A stretch of 64,000 bases of DNA from Trichosphaerium sp. ATCC 40318 (GCA_038496445.1 JALMLS010000355.1:1-64000), one strand, 5' to 3'. Counted from the stretch's first letter, positions 39,889 through 54,908 are shown. Notes: generated from the sequence alone by a model not told the origin. Made by a program: numbers and translations.

Positions 39889-41279
39889 ATGGAAAACGTC
39901 GTAGATACACTCCAGTCTATATATGATTACGGTTTAGACTATCCCTGGTCTTTTAAGGGAGTAGGCATTCCACTTATTGATAGTATGTTTTGGCCGTCTT
40001 TAATTGCCGCGATAGTATATTTCCCGATCATTTTTGGGTTGAAAAGGTAAGTCTAGTCACTATAATACTAAAATTTGATAAACACTCTAAAAGCGACCGC
40101 ACGCGCTTACTCGTGCCTTGTCACGACTTTTACCAAAACAATTTCTTGGGGCATAACAGTGTGCCTGGATGGTTTACCATGATTCACCACGCTCCCATTA
40201 CACCTAAAATCCACCTTTGCTCGCTTTTAACTACAAATTTGGGAAAAATCGGATTAGCGCTTACAAACACCTTAGATATATGAGAGATCGCCAACCATTT
40301 CAACTGAAGGGCCTATTGGCTCTTTGGAATTTTTTACTAGCCGGGTTTTCACTTATCGCAGGGATTTACGTCGTACCAATGCTTCTAAATGTCGTCAGAA
40401 CAAAGGGACTAGAAACAGCCATCTGCGACACGACTTGTCATGATCATCCGGGAACATTTTGGGTTTTGCTATTTTGTTTCTCAAAGGTACGTTTTTTGAT
40501 CTATTTGGATAGCGTACAAAAAATCATTTTGCTAAAGGCGCACAAACAAGACTATTTTTTTTGAATTCAATTGTTCCCTGCTACTCGCGAGTAGTCAGTT
40601 TCTTTTCGCTATATTTTTCATTCCAAAACGCTAGTAGTTTGCTGTATGTTATCTAATGTTGTTAATTGTAGATTCCTGAGATGATAGACACCGTTTTCAT
40701 TGTCTTGAGAAAAAGACCTTTAATATTCCTTCACTATTACCACCATTTGATGACACACTGCTACTGTTGGTTTGCAAACATTTATACGACGCCAGACTCA
40801 TGCATTGGACACTGGTTCGCAGCAATGAATCTTATTGTACATACCATCATGTATACGTACTACGGTATGGCAAGCATGGGCGCAAGACCAACGTACGTCA
40901 AAAGGGATACCAAAAGAGTGCTTTTTGATAATTCTGACCAAAAAAATCTCAAAAAGGAGAAAAACTAACACAAAGTGATTTGTGACTTTTTTTGTGATCT
41001 TTTTTTTTCTCTTTTCTCCGCACGTTTTTCTTACTTTTTTATTTTAGGTGGGGTATAGTACTTACAGCACTTCAAATATCACAAATGGTTGTTGGTATAT
41101 GGACAGCTTGGATGAGTACAAAGTGTAAACCGTTCGACCCTTATGACAAAGTTTTCCTATTCACTTTTGGCATGTACCTCTCATACTTTTATCTCTTCAG
41201 CCAGCTATTCTATTCCAAGTATTTATCAAAAGATGATACACGACTGTCAAAACGTGTCAAAGGCTTGAAGGATCAGTAG
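39889..41279 (+). CDS. Fatty acid elongase (ELO/GNS1-SUR4)
   Basis: SK|IPEMIDTVFIVLRKRPLIFLHYYHH, MNLIVHTIMYTYY, LTALQISQM; basic C-terminal tail. Confidence 0.95.
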
Positions 41280-42172
41280 AGCCAAAAAAAAACAGTCAAC
41301 AAAAAAAAAAACCTGAATAGCCTTTATTTTATTTTTTTTCTATTTATATTTGGGTCTTGGGTTTAATCAATACGCATATCACTCGTCCAAATACAGGAAA
41401 AAATAAAACTTAACTTGTATACGCTATTGTGTTGGTTTTGGATTTAGAAGCATCCATCTTTACTCTACGTTGTAGTACATTATTGCGTGAAGCAAGTCAT
41501 CAACCTTAACGTCATTTTATCTTATGGCAATTTTGGCCAATTTACAACGCCACATGGCATACTATCCACCCATTTCCTCAGTATTAGGGCTACCGCTTTT
41601 GAAACTTCCTCCAGTGCACAGTAAAAAACGTATGTTAATCGAACTAATTTGGTATTTTTGCACAATAATTATTTTAGTGTTACTAAAAAAAACCGTTTAG
41701 GAACACATCGTGAAATTTCCTAACTCTAAGTCTTTATAAAACCGCTAGAACAGTTTAGTTCTTTGTGTGGCAGATCAGAGTTTGTGGATAGAATGAATAT
41801 GTTATTACTTGCTAATCGCTGTTTGAATTTTTTTTGAAATTACTTGTTTAATTATGACTTTACAGAATGTAAGTTGCCTTAAAATTGCACTATTATGAAT
41901 TAGCACTAAGCTCAGTTGTTAGAATGGTTTGCGAACATAGGTAGCCCTCGTGCGACTCTGTAAGCTATTCATCCATGTATCCTTAAGGAGTACTTAAACG
42001 TGATGAAAGCAGGAAGTCACGTGCGTGCTACAAGCTTAGCGTTATTCAAGTCAAATCCATGTTGTCTTTAACGGTTTGTTGTGATGTAGTTAGATAATCA
42101 AAGCACTAAAGAGGTTAAGTGTAGGAGTAGATAGGTTTACTTAGGTACCTTGCTAAATACCATTATTTCACG

Positions 42173-43513
42173 ATGGATACTCTATTTATTGAGCTGTTAG
42201 TAGAAGTATTGGAACATCTACCTTATGGGTGTATCTATAAAGCAAGTCAAGTAAATAAAGCGTTCTTGAAGGCCTCAAAAAACGAATTATTATGGCGACG
42301 GGCTTGTGTGCGTAGAGGATGGACAAAAAAAGCGACAGATGTGCGTCTGTACATGTATTTCGACATAAAAATACTAACAGTGCTCTAAAGCAATCTTGGC
42401 GCGTATACTTTATCAGAAGAGAGCAGAATTACCATAAATACGCCGATATTATTAAAATTGCCCGAGAACAATCACCTATGGCTTTAAACGATACCAGTAA
42501 ACCAAGAAATATCGTATACGATTCTAGTACACCTCCTAGGCACGAACGAGATGAGAAAATTAGATTTTAACGTTTCCAACTTCAGAGTTTTTTGACTTTT
42601 TGGTTTTTTTTTTTTGACTTTTTTTTGAGTTTAGGCAGGTCGTATGTTACAGTGGTGATATTATAAATGGTACACGGACTGATAGATCTTATCTTAAAAT
42701 TAAAGTATTGATGAATGTGCCCTTTGACGTGATTGTACGCGGTTGAACGCCGAAATTATCTTTTTTTTTTTGGTCACGTGACAACTTTTTCATTATTGCA
42801 GTTTGTTGACTTGTTATCGTTTTTTGTAACTTGTGTTTGATTTAATTATTAGGTATCGATTTTGAAGGATCCTACACAGAGAGCAAAGTGGGATAATACT
42901 CTATCTTTTGGTACAGTTATTTCAACACTAGATAATTGCAATCACATCGCTCATATGGTTTATTATGGTACTGGTTGGCTTCATTCTTTGATTATTTACT
43001 CAAGTCTATTGTTTTAATTAAAATATGCTATTAGGTATGCACGTACAAGAGGTTAGGAGCATTATATACGCAGACAATGGTAAGTATTACATCTACACTG
43101 TAGGTGGTTGAGCCAATGAAGTTGGATTTTGAAGTTTTTTTGAAATCTAAGCGATCATTTTTCGGAATGTAACTTAACTTTTCAAAGGGAAAACATGTTA
43201 CATTTGTGAACATTCGTTGAATGCTTCTTCTCCTGAGATACATGCATGCCTTGGGCTAGATATGGAAAATGAAATATGCAAGTATGGTTCAGGCAAGTCA
43301 TTTTTTATGAAGCTACTTCAATTTTTTTTACCTGTTACTCATGTATGGTTGTTAGGTTGGTGTTTCCATAATGTTGGTCCCAAAAAGACAAGCGTAACTT
43401 ATTGTATTCAAGTACTTGGAAATCAAGGGTATTCAATGGCTATGTTTGTTAATATACGGATACGAGTACTTAGTGCACTTGAACGTTATTGTATTTCCAA
43501 AATTGTAAAATAG
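42173..43513 (+). CDS. F-box + START/SRPBCC-like domain protein, copy 1
   Basis: MDTLFIELLVEVLEHL..ASQVNKAF..LWRRAC (F-box); VPFDVI|VSILKDPTQRAKWDNT..ISTLDNCNHIAH (START-like). Confidence 0.7.
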
Positions 43514-43739
43514 ATCTATAACTTCTACTGTTTTTCCTTCATCACAATTATGTAACAGTTGTTTATTGCTCACATGAACCATAGACACTATACCCGGTAA
43601 ACTATAGTGATTGAAAATAGTAAAGTCTTGTGAATAGCTATGACTTTAGTGTGCGGATAGTAGTGACATTTATTCTTTGGTACTTACTTTTGTCAATACA
43701 ATTACAAATTGGGGTTGTTTTGAATACTTCCAAATTCTT

Positions 43740-43840
43740 GTGTCACGTTAGTACTCTTGAGATAAATAAAACGAATACCATATAGCGCTTTGATTCCCTC
43801 ATCTGTTATTTGGATTCCTTCAAGTAGATAGTGTGTCACC
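43740..43840 (-). pseudogene. Small LRR relic
   Basis: The minus strand reads HTIYL./QITDEGIKALYG across a frameshift, the same LRR type as the relic at 18.9 kb. Confidence 0.35.
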
Positions 43841-44371
43841 TGTCGACTTTCATTTAAAACAGGTACATTTTTTGGACAAGAGGATAAAATTTTGAGTTTT
43901 CTAGGCGCCTACAATCACTTAAACCCTTTTGTTGCTAAGAATTGGTACGTAATTGGCTGTTCTACGGGAAGTTGCCAATCAAATCGCCGTGACTGTCCGA
44001 GCTATATGTAAGCGCTTCCACATAGGCTTAAACGCTTTGTTTAACACCATGTACCAAGTGTGAAAGTACGAAAGTTTATAACTACGGTATGCACAATAAT
44101 TTATTTTCCCTCAGGATGGGACATTTTATCTCACCAAATTTGATGAAAACTCGCAAAAAATCGGCCAAATAGTTGTGTTTTGTATTTCTTTTGAAAACTC
44201 GTGCTCACTTTCGGTGTAATAATTTCAACGTTTAACGTTTAAAAAAGCATCAAACACGCGTTTATTACGTAGGTTAGAACATGTTACCAAAAATGTCGCG
44301 AAATTCACAAAAAAAGCGGACAAACGTTTTGGCCATCTCTTCTTTTCAAAATTGGCTCGTAAACAACTCAT

Positions 44372-46444
44372 ATGTATCTTCTCCTTGTTGCGTTTGCCGT
44401 AGTTCCATTCATAGTAGCAGTATTGCTGTACACAAGGCATAAAGTACGTTAATGGATTCAACAGAAAAGAGCTTACTCCCGTCAGTTGTACCTCAACAAT
44501 AGACCTTGTAATGGACCTCCAGGCCTCCCAATCATTGGAACGCTGGCAACAGACTTCAAAAATAAAGAGAGGTATTTAGACTATCTGGGTGACCTCAAGG
44601 ATGAGGTAAGTACAAAAAAGAACATAGCTTTCTTAGTTGGCCTTCTTTTTTCCTAACACGTGTTGATGCTTACTATTAATAGTATGGCTCTGAAATATTC
44701 CTTTCAAATCTGTTTATGGAGGGTGTATTGTTGCTTCAACCAGAGGATGTAAAACATATACTCTACAGTAACAACAAAAACTATACAAGACAAGGTACGC
44801 ATAGGCACACTTAGCTATTGTTTTTGTAGTCTTTTGCTATCACTTAATGATTGCTCATGATGTCCGTAGGTATGAATAAGAATTACTTCTGGTTCAAGTG
44901 GCTTGGCGCAGGCATTTTCAATGCATGGGGAGCTAACTGGAAAGAACAGAGGTGAGCTCAAGAGATTGAAAAAAACCACTTACAATTTGTAGGAAAACAG
45001 CAAGACCTCTTTTTCATAAGCTTGTACTGAAAGAGATGATGCCTCAGTTTAGAGAAAACGCAAGAAAAGTGATAGATATACTTAACGATCATGTCAAATC
45101 AGGAAAGTCTATTGATATACAGGATTTATACTTTCGTTATACACTGGATACTTTTGGGAAACTCGGATTTGGTGAAGATCTCAATTCTCTTAGATCTAAA
45201 CCAGAGTTTGCCTCATGTTTTGACAAGACACAAGAGTTTGTGGCATCTTCTTTTACAAACCCATTCCTGATTGTACGTCCATAGACACCACTGCTTCTGA
45301 GCGCTAATTGTTGGTGTAGTACACAGGGAAAACTGAGTTTGAAAAGTGCATAGCGACTATAGAAAAGGCTGTTTATGGTTTCATTTCAGATAGAAGAAAG
45401 TTACCACGTGAAGAGTTATTAAAACGAAAGGTAACAATATGATTAGTGAACATTAAAGCCCAAATATTGCTTTGTCTTCAAGGCGTTTAAGCAAGTGTTT
45501 AATTGTGTTTTGTTAGGATTTGTTATCAAGATTTATGTGCCTACGGGACGACGATGGTGAACCTTATTCAGACAAATACCTCGTGATATTTTTATGAACT
45601 TCTTAATAGCAGGCAGAGGTAAGTTCCAGTGACAGTTCTCATACTTTTATGAGCTTTTTTGTGACCTCCTTTCTACAGACACTACAGCTGTATTGATGTC
45701 ATGGTTTACTTACTGTATCGCTCTCAATCCGAAGTGTTTAAAGGAAATAGAAAAAGAGATTGATATGAAGTTCCCAAACAACATTGAACCAGATAGCGCA
45801 GTGTACCAAGACATGCCTGTTCTCAGAAATGTATACTTTTAGTACACAATCTTCAGCTGCTTATCGTCTCATTAGACTATTCAAGAAACTCTGCGTATGT
45901 ATCCTCCAGTACCACTAAACGGAAGATTTGCGATCAATGACGATGTTCTTCCAAGTGGTGTAAAGATCAAAGCGGTACGCAAATCAAGAGTACACTCTGT
46001 ATACAATAGTTTGAAGTTGACGTATTTTATAGGGTTTGAGAGCCCGCACGTGTACATATTTAATGCACCGTGACAAAGAGTGGTGGAGTGAACCAAATAC
46101 TTTCAAGCCAGGTAAACCATTAACACATGATGGATTGTTTATTAACGAACTCTGTTTATAGAACGTTGGGAAGACCCTAATCTATTAAAGCATCCGTTTC
46201 AGTTTGTACCTTTCCACGCAGGTCCACAAATATGTATGACATTTACTGAAACATGTGACAGGATTTTAAGATTTGTTTAGGCTTAGGGAAAGGTTTGGCT
46301 TTGATGGAAGCAAAGACACTTCTTATAATGATATTTCAAAGATTTAAAATACAGTTATCACCTGAGCATCTAGTTGTACCTAAAGCGAAAGTAATCCTAT
46401 TCTCAAAAACAGGTATCAAAGTTAATGTTAGCAAAAGACTTTAG
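44372..46444 (+). CDS. Cytochrome P450 copy 2 (paralog of 14493..16678), with an apparent 1-nt frameshift near 45580
   Basis: Same intron positions and motifs as copy 1 (AGR|DTTA, ETLRMYP, FHAGPQIC|LG). TACCTCGTGAT lacks one base relative to Y-L-R-D. Confidence 0.85.
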
Positions 46445-46806
46445 AATAATAAAGACACCATGCTGTGTTCAAGCTATTTCGAACTGAGTGCTTTAAGTGA
46501 TATGTCAAGATATGGCTTAAAAGTAAACGATCTAATCCTTGTTCAGTTTCCTTAGCCCTTGTATTTGTATCATTTTCTTTTCGTTGTCAAAAACTTTCAT
46601 CAAAAATCCAGATTGACTGATAAGGAAACTCTTTGAATACTGGCCAGGTCGATGCGCTACAAACTCGAAAACAGCTACCCAACATTACGGTCTTAAACGT
46701 AGACATAGACTTAATAGACAAAACATTCATTCATTCCTAATACTTGTTATTGGCTTTAGTACTACAAGTAGTTATGTACAATATATTTTTTATTTTTGGT
46801 TTGGGT

Positions 46807-48810
46807 TTAAATAGATGGTGGTATCCAAGGTTTGCCAACACCTATCCTACGAATTGGTTTGGTAACTTCTCTTACAATTTTTCTCTTAAATAATTTGGTT
46901 GCCAATGCTACCAATTTCCTGTAAACACGTGTTAGCTCAAAGGAAACCAACATAAAAAGCAAAAATAGTAAACAATAAGTAGTCTCAAGCAAGATAATGA
47001 CGAAAAGAAAAAATTGTTTTGAGTTATTTGTACCTTTGTAAAGTCTTTTTACTTCGTGCTTTAAATATTGATAGATCCCAATCAAAGCGAGGATATATTA
47101 ATTGCAAGCATTCAGGAAAAATCTGTCGTGATAATCCAGAGAAACAAGAATTATATTGCCTCATCTGATCATAAGAAACACGATACCAATCCGCTGCATG
47201 TTTTATTCCTATTTCCTTCTCGCAATCTTTAATAAAAGTAAGCTTGTTGGTACACACTTCACCATACAATTTGTATGAATCGTGTATAAAAATCACGTGA
47301 TTCATCAATTTTTCGTGGGTGTTATCAAAGAAAACTTTTCCGCCTTTTTGGCAAAAAACCCCCGACTTTTTACATTGGATTATTACTTGGACGATACTCA
47401 TCCGATATCACGTGGTTTTTTAAAGTTGTGGGAGTAATTGAACTAGAAAATAAGTGCTTACTCCTTAGAAATGAAATTATATTCTCATTTTTCTTCCAGC
47501 AATCGATAGATAGGTTCCTGTAATAATAAAAAATTATTTTTTAATGGTTTTTGAACAAAATAAAATTTGTACCTGAAACGCCACTCCTCCCATGGATGAT
47601 GTGGATATAATGTTGTTACAGCTCTGACGAATGAACCATCATACCTTGTTCATAAAGAATTAAGACAAAAGAAAGGAACAAAGCGGTTAATATGAAACTC
47701 ACCTGGCATAAACAAGGGTAAATTCTCCATGCTTTATGAGCGCTGCACCATTACAATCATACCAATCATCTAGTATTTTGATATTCATAGCTTCAGCCAT
47801 AGTATTCATTTTACGATGTTGATGTGTCATATCTTCCCAACAGTTCGATGGAGAGTTACTGCAGAAAGCAAAAAGTAAGCGCTAGACAAAAAAAATTTAC
47901 GCAAAAACTATGAATTGTTGAGGCAACGGTGGCCTTTATAATATGGAACATACGTGAAAAGGTAAGGTATAAAATCATATTCTGGGTATATCTTAATTAA
48001 AGCCTGATAAATGGAGTAGTTATAGCTAGACAAAGTAAGTTCATCGAGCTTTCTTATTTTATTCTGATTTTTTTTGTTTTCATTTATTCACGTACTGGTA
48101 TTTCATTACTGCCTCACTTCCGTATGTATGGAAATCCTTCATTGATACATCATACCATTGATCAAAAGTCTTTACACCCATTAATTTTCCGATACCTTCA
48201 AAGAAAGTTTTATGATTTTTAATATCGTTCCAATATTTCTGAGGTACTTTTCTATCACGTGTATTGTTAACAACAAAAATATATAAAAAGAATAGATAAA
48301 ATTCCTGCTCAAACAAGTACGTAGTACAAGATACTGGCAAATTATTTCTCCAGCAGCAGTCGTTGCCTCAAAAAACTTAAATATTCGCATTTTTCAAAAA
48401 ATTACTCCTGTCGCAACAGATGCCAAAACAGTTGGCTTTCTTTATGATTTTTAATAACGTACACAAAACGCCATGGTTCCCATTTATGTTCTGGGTAAAT
48501 ATCCGTCAATGTTTGGAACATAGAACCGTTAAATCTGAACGTAAAAAAAAATGTAAGAAAAAAGCGTGTCATCAAAATATTTGTTTCTATAAACGAACAT
48601 AGCCTATTGGTAAGGCCGTTTAAGTGGTTTTGGCGTTCTTTTAGCGATGTTTAGGGTCTGTGACGTACTTTGATGATACAAACGCTCCTCCATATTTGTT
48701 AGAGTGGAAATTAGTGACCTATACCAGTCTTCTGCGATTTTAACGCGTAATTGTGGCGCGAGGATTCTGTCAACAAAATATCGTTCGGCAACCAGTGCTC
48801 TGAGGTTCAT
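46807..48810 (-). CDS. Tandem DWY/YP-W repeat protein (4 units) lacking the nuclease domain; apparent 1-nt frameshift near 48718
   Basis: Repeats EDWYR, DQWYD, DDWYD, ADWYR, each followed by L..iYP...W/F. Ends SKKTLQR|KLVALATKLF...PPSI*. Confidence 0.75.
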
Positions 48811-48899
48811 ACGCGTCTCGCTATAGCATAAGCATATATGCGCTAATTTTCAGGCAAATCAAGTATATTTTGATTTGATGCTTGTCAATTAATGTACCA

Positions 48900-50413
<1,514 letters not shown>

Positions 50414-50642
50414 AGACAAAACCAAAACTGCAGAACTAGAAACTAGTTACCTTGTAAAGCTCATTGACTATTTTGACGTTGCAATAAAACCGCAGTAGTT
50501 GTAAACGCCTAAACATTATGATACCGTTTGGCTGCTTTCTCAGGTTATTGCAAATTCTTCGACACACGTGAGAACACTTAAGTGATGCTAAGTTGTGAAT
50601 CAAAAAGAAATCAGTTACAAAAAATCAAACGAAGCATAAAAG

Positions 50643-52223
50643 ATGTCAAACGATATGAAATTGTTCAAAGGGTTCACAACCAAAAACTACGCCGACCAAG
50701 GCAAAGCTTTTCTAAACGTACGCATGAAACAAATCCTTCAAACTTTCTTTAGTTGTTAACTTCAAGCCTCTTCTCACTGTATACGAATAGGCTTACTGGG
50801 GAGATTGCGGTGGTATGTCTAAAACAGCGCGAAGAGCAGGTAGAAATGTATAAATACTAAACTTTGATTATAGAGAGTGCTGAGAAGGTTTGGAATATTG
50901 TAAACAAGTTTGTAGAGCTAGACTTGGATAAGGCTGAAAACGGTTGTGACTTGGATGAGTTCAAGTACGCTTTATAATATCTTCTTTCGCTTGAATTAAT
51001 CAATATATAGCGCCCACAGAGTGTTGGAGTTCTTTGGCACGTTTTTTTTCTAATGTCCACGTTTTTTTTAACGACGTCCCACCTGTTTTGTTTCGAGACC
51101 GACAAGCGCTTATACTTGCGTAGGAGAAACCAAAACAGTGAAGGAAATGAGAGAGGTACCGTTTTGTTTTTTTTTCGTTATTTTAAGCAAGATCACGTGT
51201 GGGAAAATGGTAAATTAAATCCTCTTGTAGGAGCTCCTCAAAGCTGATTTGGATTTTAACAAGAGATTGGCTGTTATCGAGTATTGTCTCTGGTCTAACG
51301 GTAAAACCGTTTCAGAGTTTGTAAAACGCCCTCAAGTATGTGCACAGCTTTTAGTAGAAGATAGGGTTCATTTTAACTTTTAAAAAAGGGCGAGAGTGAC
51401 GCCATCAAGAAGGCTCAAGAGATGCTTAACCAAGTGCTTGTAGCACTTGAAGATGCTAAAGCAAAGGCAGCAATAGCAAAAGAAAAACTTGCTGAAGCTG
51501 TGTCATGCGAGAAACAAGCAAAAGCTGATTTAGAAGAACAAAAGGCAGCGTTAGCCGAGGTTCAGGTATGAGCAGTTGGTTCAGTTTTTTTTCTCTCGTA
51601 ATTACTCATTTTGTTCAATAGCAACTTGAAGACGCCTACAACAAAAAGACAGAGAGTCTCAAAGCCAAAACTGAAACAGGTGGTGTTGTTACAAGAAATA
51701 GGGCAAAGAATGAGCTCGCTCAACATTTAGCAGGTAACGTCAAATTTCTCTCAAATTGTCATATATTTACGAATTATTAGAGGATCCGTTACCTCTTCGT
51801 ACTGCAAAGATTTCAAACGAAGCTGCTACCAGAAAAGCAGGTACTTGAATCTGATAGTGGCTACATTATAATAATGCCTTTCCTTTTAGAAAAGTCAACT
51901 GCTGCAGCCGTAGCAGCAAGAGAATCAGCCGAAGCAGCTAAAAAAGAAGTACATATTTACTTCCCTGTTACGTGGAATGTGCACTAACAGTTTTTAGGCT
52001 GATGATGCTGTTGCAACAATGCAACAAAAGATGGCGGAGGCTCAAGCAGCGCTTGATGATGCTAAAAAAACTGGTTGTGGTCAAGGCAATATTTGGGCAC
52101 GTGCTCTTTTTTTTTTTTTGTTGTGTTTTTTTGACTAATTAAATACACTAGTGGATTGAAAGACAACTAACAGAAGCCAAAAAGTATATGCCAATGAGCA
52201 AAGGAGGTATTTCCAAAAAATAG
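50643..52223 (+). CDS. Calcium-regulated actin-bundling protein (ABP34-like, 'TolA-like' coiled coil)
   Basis: YADQGKAFLN|AYW, DLDFNKRLAVIEY (EF-hand-like), GGVVTRNRAKNELAQHL, GQGNIW|WIERQLTEAKKYMP, resembling Dictyostelium 34-kDa actin-bundling protein. Confidence 0.8.
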
Positions 52224-52491
52224 ACTTTTTGAGAACCTTTTGCAGTTGGATGTTTGATGTAACACCTATAAAACGTAATTAAATAAGTAAGTTTATGTTC
52301 TACCAAAAAGGCTTTAATTCTGAGAGTACTTTTTCTTTTTTCTCTTTTCTTGTTTGCTGCATACGGTACCATTCTGAATACACTCAACCATGAGATTAAT
52401 TACATCTTGTTTGCACAACAATGGTACAGAGTGCTCTGTGGTCGTTTCAGTTCGATTAAAACACAATATTGTTTTTGATTAGATAGATATT

Positions 52492-53478
52492 TTATTGCGG
52501 TACAATTTCGACACTATCGCCAACGTAGTGTAGATTCACATGTAAACGCCACTTCCCTGTTGGAACAGGTATGCTAATTTTTACTTGCGACTGCTCCAAA
52601 GAAAGAACATTGTTTTTGAGTACCATGGTAGCTTTCCCAGTGAAAAGTTGTGTAGTAGTTGTTGAAACTGGACTTCCCTTGATGAACTTTTTATCTCTGG
52701 TCCAACCGTACGTATCTGAAGAATACGAATTTTTGGTAGGCTTCGTTGCTGCTCTTACTATACCGACAAACATCCAGCTATTAGTACAATGTATTTTAAG
52801 AGTCCACACAGCACTGTCTTCAACAATATTTGTACCAAAAACAGCTGAATGACCATCCACACGTTTAGAAGCACGTTGTGGAGTTACAGTAATGTTACCA
52901 GCACATAATGTTGAGGAGAAGCTATCAATCGCATGTTGTGTAATTTGTATTCCGAGGTAGTCTACAAGTACAGCAAAATCTTCGTCTACTTGCTTGAGTT
53001 TGCTTACTTTTGGAAGATTCGGCATTTTTTCTCCTTTCATGCTGGCTGCTCTAAGAGAATCCAGTATTACATCGAAATGTCTTGGATTTATGTCTAGAAA
53101 TACTCTGCCGTCCTCGTCTAGGGTATGCTTGTCTTCCCAGCGCCCACTGAACATTATTTCGAGCAGCGAGCCTGGAATCATGCAAAGTGTGCGTCGCGTT
53201 GTAGACACGAAGGTACCACCGATGTTTAGCTTGATAATATCTGATTTGCTCGTTTTTCCTGCCATGAGCTTCTTTTCGTCCTCAAATTGCTTTAAACGTT
53301 CTTCTAGCTCTTTAGCTTTCTCCGAGCAAGTTTCTTTTTGTGTTTTTAGTTCGTTGCTGAAAGATTGATACAATGAATCAAGTTTTGTGTCTGTCATGCT
53401 ATGCTTTTTAGAAGAATGAATTGTCGAACCGTTGACTTGACTTAACCACCTAATCAACTTACTTGGTTTTACCGGCAT
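52492..53478 (-). CDS. KCTD-type BTB/T1 protein with N-terminal coiled coil and C-terminal SPRY-like beta domain; intronless (likely start 53397)
   Basis: IIKLNIGGTFVSTTRRTL..GSLLEIMFSGRW...DEDGRVFLDINPRHFDVILDSLR; W.LKI...WMFVGI..YGW..WRLHVNL. Confidence 0.85.
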   Translation of the reverse strand: MPVKPSKLIRWLSQVNGSTIHSSKKHSMTDTKLDSLYQSFSNELKTQKETCSEKAKELEERLKQFEDEKKLMAGKTSKSDIIKLNIGGTFVSTTRRTLCMIPGSLLEIMFSGRWEDKHTLDEDGRVFLDINPRHFDVILDSLRAASMKGEKMPNLPKVSKLKQVDEDFAVLVDYLGIQITQHAIDSFSSTLCAGNITVTPQRASKRVDGHSAVFGTNIVEDSAVWTLKIHCTNSWMFVGIVRAATKPTKNSYSSDTYGWTRDKKFIKGSPVSTTTTQLFTGKATMVLKNNVLSLEQSQVKISIPVPTGKWRLHVNLHYVGDSVEIVPQ

Positions 53479-53635
53479 GTTTTTATGTTTCGCCTTGACA
53501 ATACTTGTCTCCCAACCACGTTGATAATCTTCTTGAGCAACACATCAACGGAAAAGTGAAGCAAAAGCACATTATTCAATATGACTGTTTTTTTGGTAGG
53601 GTACGCTAGGTGTTGCCAATTAAGTCATTTTAAAG

Positions 53636-54908
53636 ATGGATACGTTACTTCCAGAGCTAGTTATAGTCATTATAGAACAGTTGTCCCTGTACGATATACA
53701 CAGGGCTGGGTTGGTAAACAAACACTGGCAGAAAGCGGCAACGAATGATTTATTTTGGCAAAAACTCTGCGTATCACGTGGGTGGCTACGAAAGTCGAAC
53801 GTATTTCCTCATTTTCGTTTTTTTTGCGAAATTAAATCTGGAGCTTTTAATTAATTTACAGGAGACCACCTGGCGCGCTTTCTACAGTGACAAGTATAAA
53901 TGTTATACCGTATATGCTCCTCTTATTACAGCATCAAAAAAAGAAACGGAGAAAGCGCTAAAAGACAACAACAGAGGTGTACACATGCTACACATAGCGT
54001 CGACGTACTCGGGGTATAGTTTATCCAAAATTGCCCGCATTGTCTTTTATTTAATTAGCACATTATATCTTTACGTTATCACGTGATTGACAACACACAT
54101 AGGGCGATACGTAGTTGGCAAATAGCTCCAGCCGTAGCCAGAAAGATATCGCGACTTGAGTTGGAGACAGTGCTCGCTGTGCCTTACGAGAAGCTAGTTC
54201 GTACATTAGATATACATAAGTTATACTTATACGCCACTAGATCAGTGCGATGCTTGATGTAGAAAATAGGCACGCTTGGGATAAAACTGTTACTTCAGGA
54301 AGAGTTGTAAATAGGCTTGATAGTAACAATTGTATTGCTCACTATGTTCACTTTGGTACGCTCTCTATAAAGGATTTATTGGTTTTAACTACCATCAGGT
54401 ATAATACATACACTCGAGATGCGCTCTGTACAATATATAAACAATGGTATAACTATGGTGACCTCTACAAAACTGTTTTTGTCTTACATTTTTATGATAC
54501 AGGCAACACTTTTCTTATTTCTGAACAATCTGTAAATTCTCACCCTGATGTTCCTCATGTTACCCTTCCAGGAAAAGAAATGCTTAAATTTGCATGTAAG
54601 TTATTAGACGAAAACGTGGGTGAGTACTAACTGTTTACGGAAAAGGTTATAGGATACAAAAACTAACAGAGAAGTTGTGCAAATTTAGATATATAGTCCA
54701 AGCTTTCTATGCATTATATGACCCTCAAACGTTTAAGAACATTAGAATAAAAGCAATATGTAAATTGGAGAAGATTTACGGAGCTCAGAATATAAAAGAA
54801 AGCAACCATCATGGCACATATGATCAGAATCGCATGCTTTCAATTTTCAAAATAGATTATCCTCCCAATACTGAAGACTCCTCTCTAGCAATAGACTCCC
54901 ATTTCTAA
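53636..54908 (+). CDS. F-box + START-like domain protein, copy 2
   Basis: MDTLLPELVIVIIEQL..LVNKHW..FWQKLC; RHAWDKTVTSGRVVNRLDSNNCIAHYV; SVNSHPDVP. Confidence 0.72.

Noticed and set aside
52571-53368. Antisense ORFs (52571..52852, 52994..53368) and similar shadow ORFs elsewhere
   Set aside because: They overlap well-supported genes on the opposite strand and show no domain features.
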